A DNA stretch of 64,000 nt. Source: Bilabrum cf. latius (Eukaryota). The stretch lies in contig OZ237760.1 in NCBI GenBank assembly GCA_965178125.1, forward strand, positions 682,001-746,000, read 5' to 3'. The notes under the pieces were generated by a model. It did not search any database, was not told the origin of the DNA, and was given only the letters and a program-made list of their open reading frames with translations. Made by a program: the position numbers and the translations under genes. Shown here in pieces: positions 60,801 to 64,000 of this stretch. Within the stretch, counting starts at the first letter, position 1. Each line of letters begins with the position of its first letter.

Positions 60801-63800
60801 CAAGGCCGCCCGGCGGGCATGGTCGCAAGCTGGGCGAACCGCAGTCGGCTGAAGGCGGTAGATCACAAATGTTGGATTGTGTGCATAATGCGCCCAGCGG
60901 TCGACACTCGATGAGAGGACTCAGGATCTAGTTGGATCACCTTTTGGTTCCCCCTGCATCCCGAGCTATCCCGGCTCCCAAGACACAAGCGCTCCTCGAC
61001 CACCTCACGACTATGCCGCACCCTTCCCAAGCCGAGTCACAGGGAACGCTAACTCCCACGCATCCAACCATCCCGTCCATCTATCCATAAATCACATCAA
61101 CTCACCCAGTCCTTGGCATTCACATTGGCCCCCACTGCCACAAGCGCACCCACCACGTCGGCGTGGCCACATTGGGCTCCATTATGAAGCGGTGTGCGCT
61201 TGTACTGTGAGGAAGGAAAGCGAGGGATAGTAAGGCGGTTCGGAAGAGATGGCAATGGAAGGCACACGGGAAGCAGCGAACGGAAGTCACAGTCAGAGCA
61301 TCGGCGCCGCGCAATCCACCCATGGACTGGACTAGATCTGTGGCCCACAGGTCCCGCTGCACCCACTCGCCCCAGCACCAAGCCGGCACTGGCACCATTC
61401 CAGCATATCCAACCCCAATCACAAATCATATCCCACAACCAAATTACCAGACCAGTCCATCCAGCCATCCAGGACTGCGGCAAGGCCGCCCGGCGGTCTT
61501 GGCCCCAAGCCGGGCGAACCGCAGTCGGCTGAAGGCGGTAGATGTCGGAGCTTGTGTGCATAATGTGCCCATCGGTCGACACTCGATGAGAGGACTCAGC
61601 ATCTGGTTGGATCGCCTTTTGGTTCCCCCTGCATCCCGAGCTATCCCGGCTCCCAAGACACAAGCGCTCCTCGACCACCTCACGACTATGCCGCACCCTT
61701 CCCAAGCCGAGTCACAGGGAACGCTAACTCCCATGCATCCAATTATCCCAGTCAAACATACATCACATCAACTCACCTAGTCCTTGGCATTCACATTGGC
61801 CCCCACTGCCACAAGCGCACCCACCACGTCGGCGTGGCCACATTGGGCTCTGTTATGAAGCGGTGTACGCTTGTACTGTGAGGAAGGAAAGCGAGGGGCA
61901 GGGGGGAATGACAAGGGATGGCAACGGAAGGCCAAAAAGGGAAACAGAGAACCGAAGTTAGAACCAGAGCATTGGCGCCGCGCAATCGACCCATTGACAT
62001 CGTGACTTCCATGTAAAAAATTCAAGATGATCTGTCAGTCCTTGGCTCTTCCACCCCGAATGGAGGCGATTGACTGGAGAGCAGACGCAGTTCGATGAGA
62101 GGACTCAGCATCTGGTTGGATCGCCTTTTGGTTCCCCCTGCATCCCGAGCTATCCCGGCTCCCAAGACACAAGCGCTCCTCGACCACCTCACGACCAGGC
62201 CGCACCTTTCCCAAGCCGAGTCACAGGGAACATTAACTCCCATGCATCCAATCACCCCAGTCAAACATACATCACGAAAACTCACCCAGTCCTTGGCATT
62301 CGCATTGGCCCCAGCTGCCACAAGCGCACCCACCACGTCGGCATTGGCTGCCAAGTGCAGCGGTGTGCGCTTGTCCTGTGAGGAAGGAAAGCGAGGGACG
62401 GCAAGGGAGAAGGGAAGGGATAGCCAGGGAAGGCCAAAAATGGGGGACAGCGAACGGAAGTCACAACCAGAGCATCGGCGCCGCGCAATCCACCCATGGA
62501 CTGGCCTCTGGCCCCCACAGGTCCCGCTGCACCCACTCGCCCAAGCACCCAGCCAACACTGGCACCATTCCAGCATATGCAACCCCAATCACAAATCACA
62601 TCCCACAACCAAATTACCAGACTACACATTCAGGAATCCAGGACTGCGGCAAGGCCGCCCGGCGGTCATCATCGCAAGCTTAGCGCAGTCGGCTGAAGTC
62701 GGTAGATCGCGACTGTTGCATTGTGTGCATAATGCGCCCATCGGTCGACACTCGATGAGAGGACTCAGCATCTGGTTGGATCGCCTTTTGGTTCCCCCTG
62801 CATCCCGAGCTATCCCGGCTCCCAAGACACAAGCGCTCCTCGACCACCTCATGACCAGGCCGCACCTTTCCCAAGCCGAGTCACAGGGAACATTAACTCC
62901 CATGCATCCAATCATCCCAGTCAAACATACATCACATCAACTCACCTAGTTCTCGGCATTCACATTGGCCCCCGCTGCCACAAGCGCACCCACCACGTCG
63001 GCGTGGCCACTTTCGGCTACCATGTGCAGCAGGGTGTACTGGCCCTGTGAGGAAGGAAAGCGAGGGACGGCAAGGGAGAAGGGATGGGAAGGCATGGCAA
63101 TGGAAGGCCAAAAAGGGGGGACAGCTAACGAAAGTCACAACCAGAGCATCGGCGCCGCGCAATCCACCCATGGACTGGCCTCTGGCCCCCACAGGTCCCG
63201 CTGCACCCACTCGCCCTAGCACCAAGCCGGCATTGGCACCGTTCCAACATATCCAACCCCAATCACAAATCACATCCCACAACCAAATTACCAGACCAGT
63301 CCATCCAGCCATGCAGGACTGCGGCAAGGCCACGCCCGGCGGTCATCATCGCAAGCTGGGCGAACCGCAGTCGGCTGAAGTCGGTAGATCGCAAATGTCG
63401 GAGATTGTGTGCATAATGCGCCCATCGGACGCAGCTCGATGAGAGGACTCAGCATCTGGTTGGATCGCCTTTTGGTTCCCCCTGCATCCCGAGCTATCCC
63501 GGCCCCCAAGACACAAGCGCTCCTCGACCACCGCACAAGAACTCACCCAGCCCTCACCATTCACATTGGCCCCCGCTGCCACAAGCGCACCCACCACGTC
63601 GGCGTGGCCCTTTTCGGCTGCCATATGAAGCGGTGTGCGCTGGCCCTGTGAGCAAGGAAAGCGAGGGACGGCAAGGGAGAAGGGATGGGAAGGCATGGCA
63701 ACGGAAGGCCAAAAAGGGGGGACAGCTAACGAAAGTCACAACCAGAGCATCGGCGCCGCGCAATCCACCCATGGACTGGCCTCTGGCCCCCACAGGTCCC

Positions 63801-64000
63801 GCTGCACCCACTCGCCCTAGCACCAAGCCAACACGGGCACCATTCCAACATATCCAACCCCAATCCCATATACAAATACACAATCATATCCGCGACCAGA
63901 CCATCCAGCTATCCATCCGGGACTGCGGCAAGGCCACACCCGGCGGGCATGGTCGCAAGCTTAGCGCAGTCGGCTGAAGTCGGTAGATCGCGACTGTCGG
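57806..64000 (-). CDS. Multi-exon ankyrin-repeat protein, one repeat per exon; 5' part beyond the window
   Basis: Phase-0 exons flanked by CAG| and |GTGAG at 63645..63547, 63044..62946, 62375..62286, 61875..61777, 61204..61106, 60521..60432, 59855..59757, 59204..59106 and 58553..58455. The terminal exon 58366..57806 ends in TGA. Each exon is 99 or 90 nt, e.g. GQRTPLHVAAESGHADVVGALVAAGADVNAEDN. Confidence 0.85.
58955..64000. repeat. Tandem array of ~8 exon+intron cassettes, period ~510-675 bp
   Basis: Recurrent blocks (CAAGCGCACCCACCACGTCGGC, CCCAAGACACAAGCGCTCCTCGACCAC, CAGAGCATCGGCGCCGCGCAATCCAC). Exon-to-exon spacings are 651, 675, 674, 671, 509, 660 and 601 bp. Confidence 0.95.

Noticed and set aside
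58955-64000. CRISPR array or transposon cluster
   Set aside because: Units are ~650 bp with conserved rather than unique spacers, each holds a spliceable ankyrin exon, and there are no transposase, RT or terminal repeats.

Overview
GC-rich, gene-dense eukaryotic nuclear DNA with few short GT-AG introns. The gene content (PKD2-type channel, EFCAB10-like, PDR-type ABCG, nucleus-encoded mitochondrial EF-Tu) fits a flagellated protist, possibly a bicosoecid-like stramenopile, but the taxonomy is inference only. The main result is a non-standard genetic code. The fragmented ORF track joins into about 14 coherent genes once TAG is read as sense. By hand count about 95 in-frame TAGs occur inside genes, including at the ABC Q-loop Gln and inside poly-Gln runs, so TAG = Gln. 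I found no in-frame TAA in about 50 kb of coding sequence, and all 13 gene ends I could locate are TGA, so UAG appears decoupled from UAA. Under this code two giant single-frame ORFs appear (2694 aa and 6069 aa). The window ends in an ankyrin gene built from ~650-bp tandem exon+intron cassettes, each with one phase-0 ankyrin exon that varies mainly at predicted binding-surface residues. Next to it is an orphan PA200/Blm10 C-terminal fragment. All gene models and counts were derived by eye.
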